Assembly: GCA_963693365.1 (NCBI GenBank)
Contig: CAVNZM010000009.1
Location: 6,009,045 to 6,073,044 of the forward strand
Reading direction: 5' to 3'
Source of the DNA: Amoebidium appalachense
Lineage: Eukaryota; Protista; Ichthyosporea
DNA length: 64,000 nt
Both the position numbers and the translations under genes were made by a program. The notes beneath the pieces were generated by a model. It searched no databases. It was given only the letters and a program-made list of their open reading frames with translations, and was not told the DNA's origin. Positions 13,401 through 26,606 of this stretch are shown piece after piece (within the stretch, counting starts at the first letter, position 1; the number at the start of each line of letters is the position of its first letter).

Positions 13401-16157
13401 CCAGGGCATCAAGGCCAGCTATGCTCCGGTGGACTGCCCTCAACTGAACGGCTATGTTGAACGTCGTATGCGGTGCCTCCAAGAGATTGTTCGTTGCCTC
13501 CTCCATCAAGTCCAAGATCAGTCTCTGTCCCCCAAACTGTGGGCTGAGGCCCTCCAACATGCTGCCTACATCATCAACGTCACCCCGTCCACGGCTGCCA
13601 ATGGTCGTACACCATTCGAGGTTTTCTACGGTGTCAAGCCCGACATCTCCGAGCTCAAAGTGTTCGGTTGCCCTGCCTACACTCATGTGCCAGCCTCTAA
13701 ACGGAACAAGCTGGCCCCCACCGTCAAACTCGGCATGTATATCGGCTATGATCTTCAATCACACTGCCACCGGATCTTCAACCCCACCACCCATCGTGTC
13801 GGCCTCTTCCGTGATGTGATTTTCGACGAATCAGCTTATCTCCCGTCCGACATCCCATCAACACTTCCGACCCCCGACACCACTGCCACCTCGACCACCC
13901 CACCCCCCACAGTTGACACTGAAGATGATGTTTGTCTGGTGTACTCTGGCCCCCCTCCTGCCATCGTCGTTCCCCCGACACCCCCCCCCTCCGGCCCCCC
14001 TGCACCCGTGCCCGTCCAGCCTGCCGACATTCATCCTGCCCCTGGCAACGTAACCCCCATCCGACCCGGCTCCCCCGACAACTTCCACTCGGCCCCGTCA
14101 AGCCCGGAGGTTGCCCCCCCTGCCATTCCGAACTTCCAAGTTCCCCCCCCCCCCGTCTCCACCCCCCCCCGGTTCCTGCCCCCCGTCGTTCTGCCCGTCT
14201 ACAGGGCAAGGTTGGACTTCAAGCCACCACCACCCTGCCAGTTCCCCCCGGTCCCCCCATCAACATCGACCAACTACCCAAACTTGTCCGTCAACTGTGT
14301 TCCGGACCCAATGGTGACCAGGTCAAGTCAGCCCTCACTACTGAGTATCAAGCCTTCGTCGACAAAGACATCTTTGAACTTGTTGACCCTCCCCCTGGTG
14401 CTAACATCGTCGGCTTCAAGTGGATTGTCTCTGAGAAAACTCTCAACTCGGCTGGTGACACCAAGATCAAGGCCCGTGGTGTTGCTCAAGGCTTCAGTCA
14501 GCAATACGGTGTTGACTATGAGTTGATTGAGAGCCCTGTCATCCGTCCGGCTGCTCTCCGTGCTATCCTAGCTCTGGCCGTTGTTGAAGGTCATGACATC
14601 CATCAACTCGACGTGTCTACGGCCTTTCTCAACAGCCCACTCACCGAGACCATCTACATGAAACAACCCCCGGGATTCATCACCATGGCCACCCTTGGCA
14701 AGGTCTGGAGACTCAAGAAAGCCCTGTATGGCCTCAAGCAAGCCTCCAAGGCTTGGTACGACTTCCTCGACGGCATTCTTCTTGCCCATGGCCTGACCCG
14801 TACTAAGACTGACCCGTGCATCTACCTCCGGTTCTTCCCCAACAACGATGTGGTTCGGGCTGGTAACTACGTCGACGACTCCACCATCACCAACACCCGG
14901 GGTTCTACTGCTGCCAGTGACCTGGCTGCCCACATCAGCAAGATGGCCAGCTGTCGTATGAGTCCATTTGACCGTATGCTCGGTGTTGATTTTAATCATT
15001 CTGATCCCCATCACCTCCACATGCACCAGAGGTCTTACATCATGGATATCATCCACGACTTCAACCTCACCGATGCCAAGTCCAAGACTACCCCCATCCC
15101 TGCAGGCTCCACCGTCTCCCTGGCTGACTGCCCCCCCCAACCGTTCACCGTGCCCTACCGTGAGTTACTCGGCCGTCTCCTCTGGGTGGCACGGTGCACA
15201 CGTCCCGACATTGCCTATGCCATTGGCTTCCTTGGTCGGTTCAGCACCAACCCCGGCAAGACTCACTGGGACCTTCTCCGTCGTGTGGCCCGGTACCTGC
15301 TCGGCACCATTGACCTTGGCATTGACTACAAGTACTCGGCCACCAAGCCCCCCATACTCGAATGCTACACGGATGCTGACTTTGCTGGTTGTGCCGACAG
15401 CAAGAAGTCTACCACCGGCTACATCATCGGGTTTGCTGGTATGCCCATCATCTGGTACTCCAAGCTCCAGCCCATCACGGCCACCAGCACCACCGAAGCT
15501 GAGCTGATTGCTCTCAATGCTGGCACCCAGGAAGTTGCTTGGGTCCGTGACCTCTTCAAGGAACTCGGCTGCCCCATGCTTGCTCCGACTCCGGTGTACT
15601 GTGACAACCAGTCGACCATTGCCATCGTCAACTCCACCGGCATCAAGCACCGTACCAAACACATTGCCGTCCGGTATCACAACTCCAAAGACTACATTGC
15701 CAGTGGGGATGTTGTGGTTAACTACGTCGAGTCTGCCAACAACTTGGCTGACATCCTCACCAAGCCTCTGCCAGGTCCCAGCCACGTCACTCACCGTGAC
15801 CGGCTCTGTGTGCCCGACCTTGTGCAGTGATCATCGTGTGGTCTTCTACTACACCTGGGGCCCTGGACAGCAGCTTCCTCTACACTGCTTCCCAGTTGGA
15901 ACGTCTACTACTACGATTCTGTATATGTATTTTTCTTGCCTTAAGTGGGGTTTGTCCACTTTAAGGGTTCATCGATTAGCACAACACATATACACCTGAG
16001 GCTAGCCACCTTTGCGAATACTGGCCGACTCCCAGTCCCACTGAGTCACAACACATAGGTTAATGTTTCCACGGCTGGCTCCCGTTAATATATATATTAT
16101 ACCTTCACCTGCATATTTTATTTTCTTCCTTGGTTGTTTTCCTTCCTTTGCTGTTGT

Positions 16158-16193
<36 letters not shown>

Positions 16194-17270
16194 TTCCCCC
16201 CCCCCCCCCCCCCCCTTCCCCCCTCCCCCCCCCCCCCCGGGAAAAGTACACACTTTAATTTTTTTTTCTTTTTCGTTTCTGTTCTCAAGTGGGGAGATTT
16301 CACTAGTTCAGTGGGGATATGATAACACAAACTTCAAAGCCCTAAGTGGGGATGTTGTAATACGTTATATTTACATATGGTAAGATCTTCTCAGTTTGTG
16401 TTATGTTTCAGTTCATATGCTTAGTGTAAATGCCACACTACTATTATGTAAAGTGTAGCATCGATCTCCGATATGCTTGTATACTTGTAATCGTGTTGTA
16501 TCGGCTTTAATCGTGTATTGTGATATCGATTAGAATATTTATTTGTGTGTACACGGATCCACCCACTTAGGGAGAGACGTGTACATGTTCGTGTGTACAT
16601 AAAATATCTCTGGTTATAGTTATGCTATTACTATCTTGTTTGTTGATCTGTGCTCTCTTTTCCTTCCTCTTTCTCCTTCCTTATTTTCTCTTCTTTCTCT
16701 CCTTGTCTTCATGTGTATAATCGTATTTCTTTTCTACTAATATATGTTAGGTAGATTTGTGTTACTTAATACGTGTTCATTGGACGGTAACACACTTAGG
16801 CTACACTTAGAATAGCATGTGTGTTTAGACTTCATTAATTCACTTTAGTTTTCATGTGTTGCCGGGCTTTAACCAATCATCAAGGTTAAGTGTGATATGT
16901 CTGAGTCTTTGCAGTATGTCATAGGTTAGAACTTCCTTGATGATGACACGAGTTGATCTTAACTAGTGTCTGTGTCCTATCGTGTACGTCTCCGCGTACC
17001 GGATCTCTCTGAAAGCAATTGGTTCTTAGTGATTGGTTTCTATTAGAGATAGATCTGATTTCCGACTGGTCGGAAATCATGTATGGATTGGACTTAGAGG
17101 AATTTCAGGTATTTATTCGAAGATCAGAATAAATTCAGTTCAGTCGTGTCTAAACATTGATGTCTGTTGTGTACACTGCTCCGATCGTTCCGTGTTTTGT
17201 TTGTCTGTGGTGTTTTCACACTGCACCACTGTGTCTCTGCTTCCGTCCCAAATACTTATAAAATTTAACA
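10434..17270 (+). mobile_element. Full-length Ty1/Copia LTR retrotransposon nested in the Gypsy
   Basis: LTRs 10434-11350 and 16353-17270 (TGTTG...TAACA, about 3 differences). TSD GGAGG at 10429-10433 and 17271-17275. PBS-like GGTTATGCAGCCC at 11351. PPT AAGTGGGGA precedes 16353. Confidence 0.97.
11413..15830 (+). pseudogene. Copia gag-pol polyprotein with several frameshifts
   Basis: CSYCHEPDHKIIDC knuckle; protease WDSGCN; WHHRLGH-like motif and CHGC; integrase WHWD, DSGSEF, QLNGYVER; RT KARGVAQGFSQ, LYGLKQA, YVDD; RNase H YTDADFAG, CDNQS, ADILTKPL. Confidence 0.95.
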
Positions 17271-17585
17271 GGAGGTTCCCCAGCCACAAGTGGATGGTCT
17301 CAGTGTTTCTTGTCCCCACCCGGTGTTTGTTCTAACCACACCGGAGGGGGTTTCTGTGCCATTGTTCCCGGGAAGGGGGGGGACACACACGAGTAAAGGG
17401 GGAAGGGGGGGGGAAGGCACAGACACGTAGAAACACACCACCACAACAACATAGACGGTTGCAGACACACCTACACACACACACACACCCACACATACAC
17501 CAAACACACACACACCACCCACCCACACACCACACACACACACTCCACCACGGCACCCACATCACATACACACCCCACCCCACCC

Positions 17586-18460
17586 GTGCAGGCACCACAG
17601 GTAGGTATGTTGCACGTAGGTATCGAGGGTGTGAGTCTTCGTGGGCAGGGATTGGGTGTGAGTGATGATGTGTTGCTTGAATTGGAGGAGGATTTAGTTG
17701 GTTTTAGCCGGCATTATATAGACATATGGTTAGCTGATGGTAAGTTGAAGGCTGTTGCTTTGCTGGATGGAGGGGCTCAGGTTAATTGTGTGCATGCTTC
17801 GTTTATTCGTCGTTTTAATCAGGCCGGGGGGGAAATTCCTATTTTAGATGCTTCTAGCACAGCCTTAGGTAGTGCTAATAATAGTAGTATGTCTGTGGAA
17901 GGTGTTTGTGTGTTGCCGTGTGAGATAGGTGGCCAGGCTATGCATATTGCTTGTTATGTGGTTAAGGATTTAGCTCAAAGTGTTTTGTTGGGAGCCCCAT
18001 TTTTCCGTAGACATGTGAATGCTTTGTTTGAACGTACGAATGTTTTAGAATTGCAGTCCGGCGTTAAAATTAAAACCCATGATGGGCTCGACGGTTATCA
18101 GTCTGGTTCTAGAACGGTAGCTGAAGTAGTAATCGAGCCTTATCAGTGCCAAACGGTACGTGTCCGGGCCGGCAATCATGTTAGGATAGGGGATTTAGGG
18201 GTTTTTACTCCGAAAACCCCATTTCAGGAGGTGGCTCAATGGACCCTTAGTAGGGTATGGCCGGATAAGACAATAGAAATAGAATTAGTGAATCCGGGCA
18301 TCGAGCCTATAGTGATTAGGTCAGGTGTTTCCGTCGGTAGTTTCACTAATGAGATTGGTAGTATAGAGGTCTCTCTTATTACCCAAAAGGAGGATGCCGG
18401 CTCGAAAGGTGACTCAGGAGGAGGGGGAACAACTTTATTTAACGTTAGCCACCAAAATGT
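17586..18460 (+). pseudogene. Gypsy aspartic protease region, interrupted by the TRIM
   Basis: ALLDGGAQVNCV and VLLGAPFF motifs. Confidence 0.85.
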
Positions 18461-21400
18461 TGTTGGAAGTAGAGTCCGCTGTGACTAGGGTCGTCATGGC
18501 GCGCTTGGGCGCGGACCCGTTTTTTACTGCTTTCAGTGTGTTAACTCCATGACTGAACTCCATGACTGAACTCCATGACTGAACTCCATGTCTGCACCTG
18601 GCAGAGACGTGGCTTATATACCCGTGGGGCAGCAGTCTGGAATGTAATCCGGATGCCAGGCGGTAATCGGATTGGTTACTTTCATTTAGAGATCTCTGGG
18701 ACCAGTGAACCAATCGCTTGCAGTCAAAACACAATTGGCAACATTCCTCAACTATGCAGATGTGCATGTGGTGATCGAGTGTCAGCGTGTGTCTGTGTAC
18801 ACGGAACCAATTGTAAAGCTAACATACACATATTGTGGAGTGAGCGTAAGTCTGCACTCCAACACCCCTACCCAATTGGAGAAGTGTACACACCACTAGA
18901 GAAGAGAGAGTGAGTGTGGCTGCTTGCAGGGTAGACCGGGGTGTGCATTCCACTGTGGTGCGTGCCCCGCCAATGAAGTGGAATACTTGACGTTGATGTC
19001 GCAGGCTGCTGCGGATGGAGTTTGTGGAAGCGAAAGTCTCTACTTCACGGAAATACGCTCGCGGGTGTAGGGTACAGCCTAGAAGTCGGTTTCTGGCTCC
19101 TCCGTTCAAGGCGTCGTAGGGGACGTGAAGTTAGAGGCCGCGGTGTCGTGTCTGGGCCCATAACCCTGTTGGAAGTAGAGTCCGCTGTGACTAGGGTCGT
19201 CATGGCGCGCTTGGGCGCTGACCCGTTTTTTACTGCTTTCAGTGTGTTAACTCCATGACTGAACTGTAAACAGTTGGACTAGTTAGGATAAGGCAGAGTA
19301 CAACTGAATCAAAATAAAGACAGAGAACGGGTAGAAAGGCACACGCGGCCAGGTTGCTTTTACTATGGGCCGACTCAGTCTGTCTCAGACTTCACTGATG
19401 TGATCCCCGTACTGGGACGGCTTTCTTATATAGCCCCCAGGTTTCGGATCAAGGCCCAGGATTGGTTCATCCGCGGCCAGCGCGGGTGGCAACATGCCAT
19501 TCGTGATTCTGGTGCGGTCCGAGCCAGTCAGACCTTTGTCCTATTTATGCAAACCTCTTATTGGTTCACTTCGTTTATGTGGTATGCAGCTGAAGAACCA
19601 TATATGGTTCAATTCTTAGGTCAGAGTGAGTCCTATTGGTGCGGACATAATATTTATGTGATATTCATGACAAAGCACGAATCGTGTGCTAGTAGATCAC
19701 ATTCTTTAGTAAACATGTACAGTTCATGTGTACAGTTGTTTACACTCCCCCCCTTGTCGGGAGCCTGGTGGTGTCGTTAGACAAGCAAACCACCAGGCTG
19801 AGAGGCGATAAACAACCTTCAGCGAGAATTCTTGTGTGTGCCGAGCTGCTGGACAGAACAGAGCAAGGACGGTGGAATAGAGTTGTGCACGTCTATGAGC
19901 ACTTCTTCATTTGCCAAAACGTAAATTCATGCAGCATTCTTCTGTGATTTCATTTTCGTGGCGAAGATTGTTGCAGAGTGTTCGTGCGAATTGTTCGCTT
20001 CGTCTCTGTGCTTGGCTTTTTCTGTAGAAGTAATATTTTCCTTTTTGGGAATTTTTCCTTTTTAGGATACTCCCGCAGATTCGTTTTCAATTGCGAGTAA
20101 TTTGGTTGTGTGGATGAATGATCATACCAAGCATTCGATAATGAATATAACTCAAGCCTTAGGTCACTTCGTAGCTCAGGTAGTGGTGGATAGCTTCAAG
20201 GCTTAGCCACTGCTCCTTATCCCGGTTCTACCTTAAGACTGTAAGGCGAGTCACCATGGCCGGAAAAGCCACTTCTTTCATGAACAAAGAGCACTTCTTT
20301 CCTTTCAGCTTTAACCCTGCATCATCGGAGCCGGGAATAGCATGAATAAGAATGCCCTAAATGTTCTTCGTTGGGCGACATAAAGAAATATATCAGCCCG
20401 TCAGAACCAGTAAAAACCCGGTTCATAATTCATAAGAAGAGGGTAGGCAAAGCAAGCCTTCTTCAGAAAACACATGCTTCCATTCGTGAGCAGTTTTCGT
20501 ATCCCATTTGCCAGCCATTTTCGTTGAGCAGGGGGATGCCAGGCATAATACATTCTTCTGGAGGCTTGGCCTAAAAAGAAAAGTCGTCACAGTCGCCCTT
20601 TCTTTTGTAAGCAACTTCGTGAGCGCGCTTCGTGTTTTCATATCCTCCAGTGCAGGTCTGGATGGTGCCCCATCCTCTGCTTCATTTGTAGGTGGCCCTA
20701 CTGTTGGTTCTGTTCGTTGTGTGGAAAACCAAAACCATTCGTGTTCGTGGAACTGCTTTGTGCTGTGCTTTCTTTCGTGTTGGTGTTCATGGAGTTACCC
20801 AATTCACACACCTACTACTTTCATACATCAGACGTAAGTAGCTGCCTGGGGAGTGTGTGGTTCGTGTTCGTGGCATTCTTCTGTTCCTTCGTGAGAAGAA
20901 TATTCGTTTTAGCAGAGGTGCCCAATAAGGCAGCTTGTGGGGTTGTCTCCCGCATGTGCCCATTGGTGGGGTATGCACGTGCTAAATTGTTACAGTGTCA
21001 TCATATTGCAAGGGAATAACATGGTCACCTCCGTACCAGGGCCTAGGTACACATGATGGTCCGATGTGTTAGTCAACAACACCTTGCATTCGTATTCGTA
21101 TTCGTCTTCCACGTCACTTTCTTCAGTAGTGAAGGAGGGTATTCGTAATTCGAAACTGAAAGGCTTCCAGCCAAAATACTGACGCTGTATGCTGGGGTTG
21201 TGAGGGAACGGTGCCCATACCACATTCTTTTGTTTTCTTTATTCTGGTGGGGGTGTGCCGGCAGCAATTTTAATTTGCATGCAGGTATTCCAGGCTTTAC
21301 AGCATAGTTCGTATGTTTTAGTATTTGTACAGTATTGCCACACACTGGCAGTTACCTGGAAATTCGTACCCCACAGCTTCGTTTGTTTCGCATGCACGAA

Positions 21401-23197
21401 CAAAAGTTCTGCATCGACTTTATTACATGCCTTCTGTGCACCAAGAGTGCAAATTCGTTGTTGCATGGCACCAGGAAGGGCCATACATGAGCCATATGTT
21501 CGTAATGTGTTTAGGCATGCCAGCATACATTCATGCGCATGTTGTGCATCCTGTGCGCTAAACTATGGGGCATGCTGTATTCGACAACAGCAAGAAATTC
21601 GAAGCATGCATGCAAAACTACTTTCACAGCACCTTATGTCCTACATGCTATAGGAACAGCGACTATCTTCTTCTTTAAATGCATTCGTGCTGAAAGTGGC
21701 CGTGCATCTGGCTTGCGAGTGTGGACGTGCATGCGGTGGCATGGACACGATGGCAGTGTGCAATAGCGCAATGCACGCAAGGGCAACGGTTTTATTTTCT
21801 TCCTAACATAGAGGGGGCTGTGTGCATTGCAACCCAAGCAGTGTTGTGCATTCGTTCTTTCATTTTCATATTTCCAATTCATTTTGCTTTCGTTTTTCGT
21901 TTTTTGTCGTTTGATAACTTCGTTACTTCGTTTTGTTTTCGTGTTGCATTCATTTCGTATTTCCTCTATGCATTCGTTTGTCGTTAATTCTTTATTTCAT
22001 TGTGTATTCGTGATGGTTCGTTTTTCGTTGGTTCATTGCTTCGTTAGCAATTCTTTATTCGTTTGTTCGTGTATTCGTTGTTTCGTTGTGTATTCGTTTT
22101 TCTTCACATTTTTTTGTGTCGTAGCAAAAGCCGTTTTACATGCTTTCAATTCTTTCCGTGTAGGTGGGCTGGCCACTTCAAACTTGTCGGTGTATATATT
22201 CTAAGTCGGACAAGGAAAGATGTACCTATCATCGTGGTAAAAAGGATTTGTGATCGGCCATGGCAGATTCTTGGGGTAATTGAAAGATGTGAGATTCTTG
22301 AGCTGATTGAAAGATGTGAGATTCGAAGGATGCGAGATTCTTGAACTGCGCGGTCGCCAATGTAAACAGTTGGCAATGTATAACAGTGTCCTGCCGCGGT
22401 CGCCAATGTAAACAGTTGGACTAGTTAGGATAAGGCAGAGTACAACTGAATCAAAATAAAGACAGAGAACGGGTAGAAAGGCACACGCGGCCAGGTTGCT
22501 TTTACTATGGGCCGACTCAGTCTGTCTCAGACTTCACTGATGTGATCCCCGTACTGGGACGGCTTTCTTATATAGCCCCCAGGTTTCGGATCAAGGCCCA
22601 GGATTGGTTCATCCGCGGCCAGCGCGGGTGGCAACATGCCATTCGTGATTCTGGTGCGGTCCGAGCCAGTCAGACCTTTGTCCTATTTATGCAAACCTCT
22701 TATTGGTTCACTTCGTTTATGTGGTATGCAGCTGAAGAACCATATATGGTTCAATTCTTAGGTCAGAGTGAGTCCTATTGGTGCGGACATAATATTTATG
22801 TGATATTCATGACAAAGCACGAATCGTGTGCTAGTAGATCACATTCTTTAGTAAACATGTACAGTTCATGTGTACAGTTGTTTACATGAACTCCATGACT
22901 GAACTCCATGACTGAACTCCATGTCTGCACCTGGCAGAGACGTGGCTTATATACCCGTGGGGCAGCAGTCTGGAATGTAATCCGGATGCCAGGCGCTAAT
23001 CGGATTGGTTACTTTCATTTAGAGATCTCTGGGACCAGTGAACCAATCGCTTGCAGTCAAAACACAATTGGCAACATTCCTCAACTATGCAGATGTGCAT
23101 GTGGTGATCGAGTGTCAGCGTGTGTCTGTGTACACGGAACCAATTGTAAAGCTAACATACACATATTGTGGAGTGAGCGTAAGTCTGCACTCCAACA
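18461..23197 (-). mobile_element. Copia-type TRIM (404-bp LTRs, about 300-bp interior) whose 5' LTR is split by a nested element
   Basis: LTR 18461-18864; the second LTR is 19167-19264 plus 22892-23197 (404 bp). TSD AATGT at 18456-18460 and 23198-23202. Minus-strand PBS GGTTATGGGCCCAG at 19152-19165; PPT GGGTAGGGG at 18865-18873. Confidence 0.93.
19265..22886 (-). mobile_element. Non-autonomous Gypsy-like LTR element with 480-bp LTRs and a decayed interior
   Basis: LTRs 19265-19744 and 22407-22886 appear identical. TSD TGAAC at 19260-19264 and 22887-22891. Minus-strand PBS TGGCGACCGCGGCAG; PPT AAGGGGGGGAG at 19745-19755. Remnant RT-like peptides EEHLGH...LKLKGKKC near 20280-20370. Confidence 0.93.
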
Positions 23198-23722
23198 AAT
23201 GTCACCCGACACGATGGGGGGGGGGACCGGGACAGCACCGGTCCCACTCCCCCGACCCCCAAGAGGAAGGAGGGTCACCCCGGGTGTGAGAATGTGCAGG
23301 CAGGGGGGGAGGGTGTTGGTCTAACCCGTGGATCTGACGGGTTAACCAACACCGTGGGGGGCAGGGTGGCCACAGACCTGGCCCCCCACATACATGCACT
23401 AACTTAACTCATCAGGAATTGCCCGGGGGCATGGGTGTGCCGGGGGGAGGGGGGGGTGCTAAGGGTGACCGCCTATATCCGGAGTTACCTCAACCTCACC
23501 CCGAGCAGCACCAATGTAATACAGGAGGTGAAATGTTAAGTGGCACTCCGGTGAATAAGGATGCATCCACTTGTGATGGGGGTAACCCGGAGTTAGTATT
23601 GCCGTTTGGTATGAAGGAGGGGGATTGGACGGTAGAACAGAAAAAATTGCTAGCTAAGTTATTTGATAGGACTCGGTTTGCATTTCTGGCCGATGATAAC
23701 GAAGTAGGCTTCGTTAAAGGGT

Positions 23723-25111
23723 TTGAAATGCAGATCGACACTGGCAGGTGATAATAGGCCGGTAGTGATGCCTAGCTATAGAATGGAGCAGTATAAATTG
23801 TCGGATGCGCTAATAATAGTGAGTGATATGTTAAAAAAGGGTCATGTGGAGCATAGTTCGAGTCCGTGGAGAAGTCCGGTGCTATTGGTTAAGAAGCCCG
23901 ACGGGTCTTGGCGTCTAGTGAACGATTACAGGGCTCTGAATCGGATCACTAAGGCAGACCAATGGCCTCTCCCTAACATAGACGAGCAGCTTTCACAGCT
24001 GCACGGCTATACTCACTTTGCTAAACTTGATTTAAAAGCAGCTTTTTGGCAGATAAGGTTGGAGGAGAGCAGCAAGGAGAAGACTGCCTTTGCACTGGGT
24101 GACCAGCTGTTCCAGTACAAGGTGGTGCCGATGGGTTTGCTCTCCTCTCCAGCTATGTTGTGCCGGGTAATGTATAAAATTCTCCACCCTCATTTGGATG
24201 TATGCCACCCTTATTTGGATGATGTTTTAATTAAAGGTAGGTCATTTGAGGAGTTAGTTAATAATTGTGAAAAAGTATTTTTAGCTTTGGGTGAGTCTGG
24301 TCTTCGTATTAGCGGTAGCAAGACTGTGATTGGTGTGCCGGAGGTTAAGTTTTTAGGTCATATTGTGTCTAGTAATGGTCTTTCCCCTGATCCGGAGAAA
24401 ATCCGGGCCATAGTTGAGTGGCCCCGTCCTCAGACTGTCACTCAACTAAGGCAATTTTTAGGTTTAACTAATTATCTTCGTCGTTATATTAAGGATTATA
24501 GTATGCTTGCTTTGCCGTTAACTAGTCAGACGGGGGGGGAGAAGAAGAATAGAATAGATTGGAATGTTGATGCTGTTTCTGCTTTCGAACAGCTTAAGTT
24601 AGCTTTGCAGTCTTCGAGTATGCTTGTTCATCCTGATTTTTCGGCCGGGGGGGGAATGTTTAAAGTTCGGTGTGATGCAAGTAAGGTTGCTGAGGGGGCC
24701 GTGTTATATCAAGTGCAGGAGGGGCAGGATAGAGTGATTGCTTATGCTAGTCGTTCATTTAGTAAAAGTGAACGTAGATATAGCAATCCGGAGAGAGAGT
24801 CCCATGCTATCTTTTGGGCAGTCTCACAGGCATGGAGGTATATACTCGCAGGCAGGACGTTTGAGGTCTACACCGACCACAAGCCCTGCCTAGCCATGGC
24901 CGGCACCACTCGTCTGGTGAACGAGAGGATGCAGAAGTGGGCCGCGGCTCTCGGTGAGTTCTCCTATAAATTGTTTTATGCCAAGGGTGAAACAATGGCT
25001 GACTGTGATGCTCTCTCTCGTGCTGCTTATATTTTGTTTGAAGAAGAGAAGGAGGGGGAAGGGGGGGCTAGTGAGAGACGGGGGGGGGAGGGGGGAAGGG
25101 GGGGAGAGTGA
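23723..25111 (+). CDS. pol: Gypsy pol: reverse transcriptase and RNase H
   Basis: SSPWRSPVLLVKKPDGSWRLVNDYRALN, LDLKAAFWQI, PMGL, YLDD, FLGH, CDAS, YTDHKP, DALSR. Confidence 0.95.
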   Translation: MKCRSTLAGDNRPVVMPSYRMEQYKLSDALIIVSDMLKKGHVEHSSSPWRSPVLLVKKPDGSWRLVNDYRALNRITKADQWPLPNIDEQLSQLHGYTHFAKLDLKAAFWQIRLEESSKEKTAFALGDQLFQYKVVPMGLLSSPAMLCRVMYKILHPHLDVCHPYLDDVLIKGRSFEELVNNCEKVFLALGESGLRISGSKTVIGVPEVKFLGHIVSSNGLSPDPEKIRAIVEWPRPQTVTQLRQFLGLTNYLRRYIKDYSMLALPLTSQTGGEKKNRIDWNVDAVSAFEQLKLALQSSSMLVHPDFSAGGGMFKVRCDASKVAEGAVLYQVQEGQDRVIAYASRSFSKSERRYSNPERESHAIFWAVSQAWRYILAGRTFEVYTDHKPCLAMAGTTRLVNERMQKWAAALGEFSYKLFYAKGETMADCDALSRAAYILFEEEKEGEGGASERRGGEGGRGGE

Positions 25112-25201
25112 GCAGAAAGGAATAGATGCTGTGTCTGTTGATGTGTCTTCTTGGGCTCCGGGGTTGCTTGCTTATAAGTGTAGGGGAGGGGGGGGAGGTA
25201 T

Positions 25202-26540
25202 TTGTCAGTGTCTGAGGTCGGGACCGAGTCTCATGGCTCGGCCCCTGCCTTAGCACCTACAGCTTTGATCTTAGCTCAGGAGGAAGATGTGTTGATTGGT
25301 CTGGTTAAGAATTATTTAAAGGGGCCGGTTGATTCGATTAAATTTAAAAATAAAAGGCAGATGATTAAGGTAGCTAAGTTAGCAAAAATGTGTCAGGTAG
25401 AGCAGGATTTAGTTTATCATTGTTCTGGGCCAGACGGACACCGAGTTTGGGTCCCGACGGCACTTGTGCCTGAGGTTTTGCATATGGTGCATGAGCATCC
25501 CATGGCTGGTCATTTAGGTGTAAATAGGACGTTGCTTCGTGTTAATCTTTCGTATTTTTGGCCGGGTATGAGTAGGGAGGTGAGGGATTATGTGTTGTCA
25601 TGCATGCATTGTCAGGAAAGGAATGAGAGTCCCCACTCTCGTTCCCGCCCGTCGTTTATTAGGGATTTTAATGTTCGTATGTTTGAACGGGTAGCAGTGG
25701 ATGTGGTCGGTCCTTTTAATTCTACGGTTGAGGGTAACACTGTTCTTGTTACCGTCACCGATGTGGCCACTCGTTGGGTTGAAGTTTTTCCTCTCCCCAC
25801 TGCTAATGCCGTTTTGTTTGCTCGTATTTTTGTGGATGAAATTTGTCTTAGGTTTGGTTGTCCTCGTGTTTTGTTAACGGATAGGAGTCGTGTGTTTTTA
25901 AATCAGTTGGTGTCGGAGGTGTGTAAAATTTTAAGGGTAGCTCATATCACTACGTCTGCATATCACCCTCAAGCAAATGCCATCTCTGAACGTGTGCATG
26001 CAGTGTTTCAGAAGTCCTTTGGCAAAATGGTGGATGTGGAGGCTAATGATTGGGATCATATGTCTAGGTTTATTGCTCATTCTTATAATTCTACCCCTCA
26101 TGCTGTGACTGGTTTTTCTCCGTTTTATTTGGTCTATGGGCAGGAGGCTATTAGTTTGTTAGACACGGCACTTTTGCCGATGGGGGGGGCTGACCGACTA
26201 ACTTATCCCCACTGGACTGAGTTCCGGGAGCAGCTACTAACCCGGGCCCGGGCTGCACGTGATGCAGCAGAGTCTGGCCCGTACACAGCAGGCACAGACA
26301 CGTGCAGACGTGTCCACACGTCCGTTACGTGAATTTGCCGAGGGTACTTTAGTTTTAATTAGGGATCATACTAGGAAAAAGAGATATAAGCAGGAGCAGG
26401 AAGGTAAGGGTGAAGGTGAAGGTCTTCGTAAGTATGGTAAGAAATGGTTGCCTCTTTTCACGTATAAAATAGTGGCTAGGTTAGGTCCGACGGAATATAA
26501 GGTGCAGAGGTTAGATAATGAGAGTGATGTTAGATTTTAG
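25202..26540 (+). pseudogene. Gypsy integrase, frameshifted at both ends
   Basis: HEHPMAGHLG...CMHC (HHCC), VAVDVVGP, TDRS, YHPQANAISER, TGFSPFYLVYG. Confidence 0.93.
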
Positions 26541-26606
26541 AATGTAGATGATATAAAGGAATATTATGATAGGGCCCTTCGGGTTAAACGGCCGGAGGGC
26601 CGTCGA

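Noticed and set aside
12190-15794. Long antisense ORFs over the Copia pol
   Set aside because: Shadow frames produced by C-rich codon bias.
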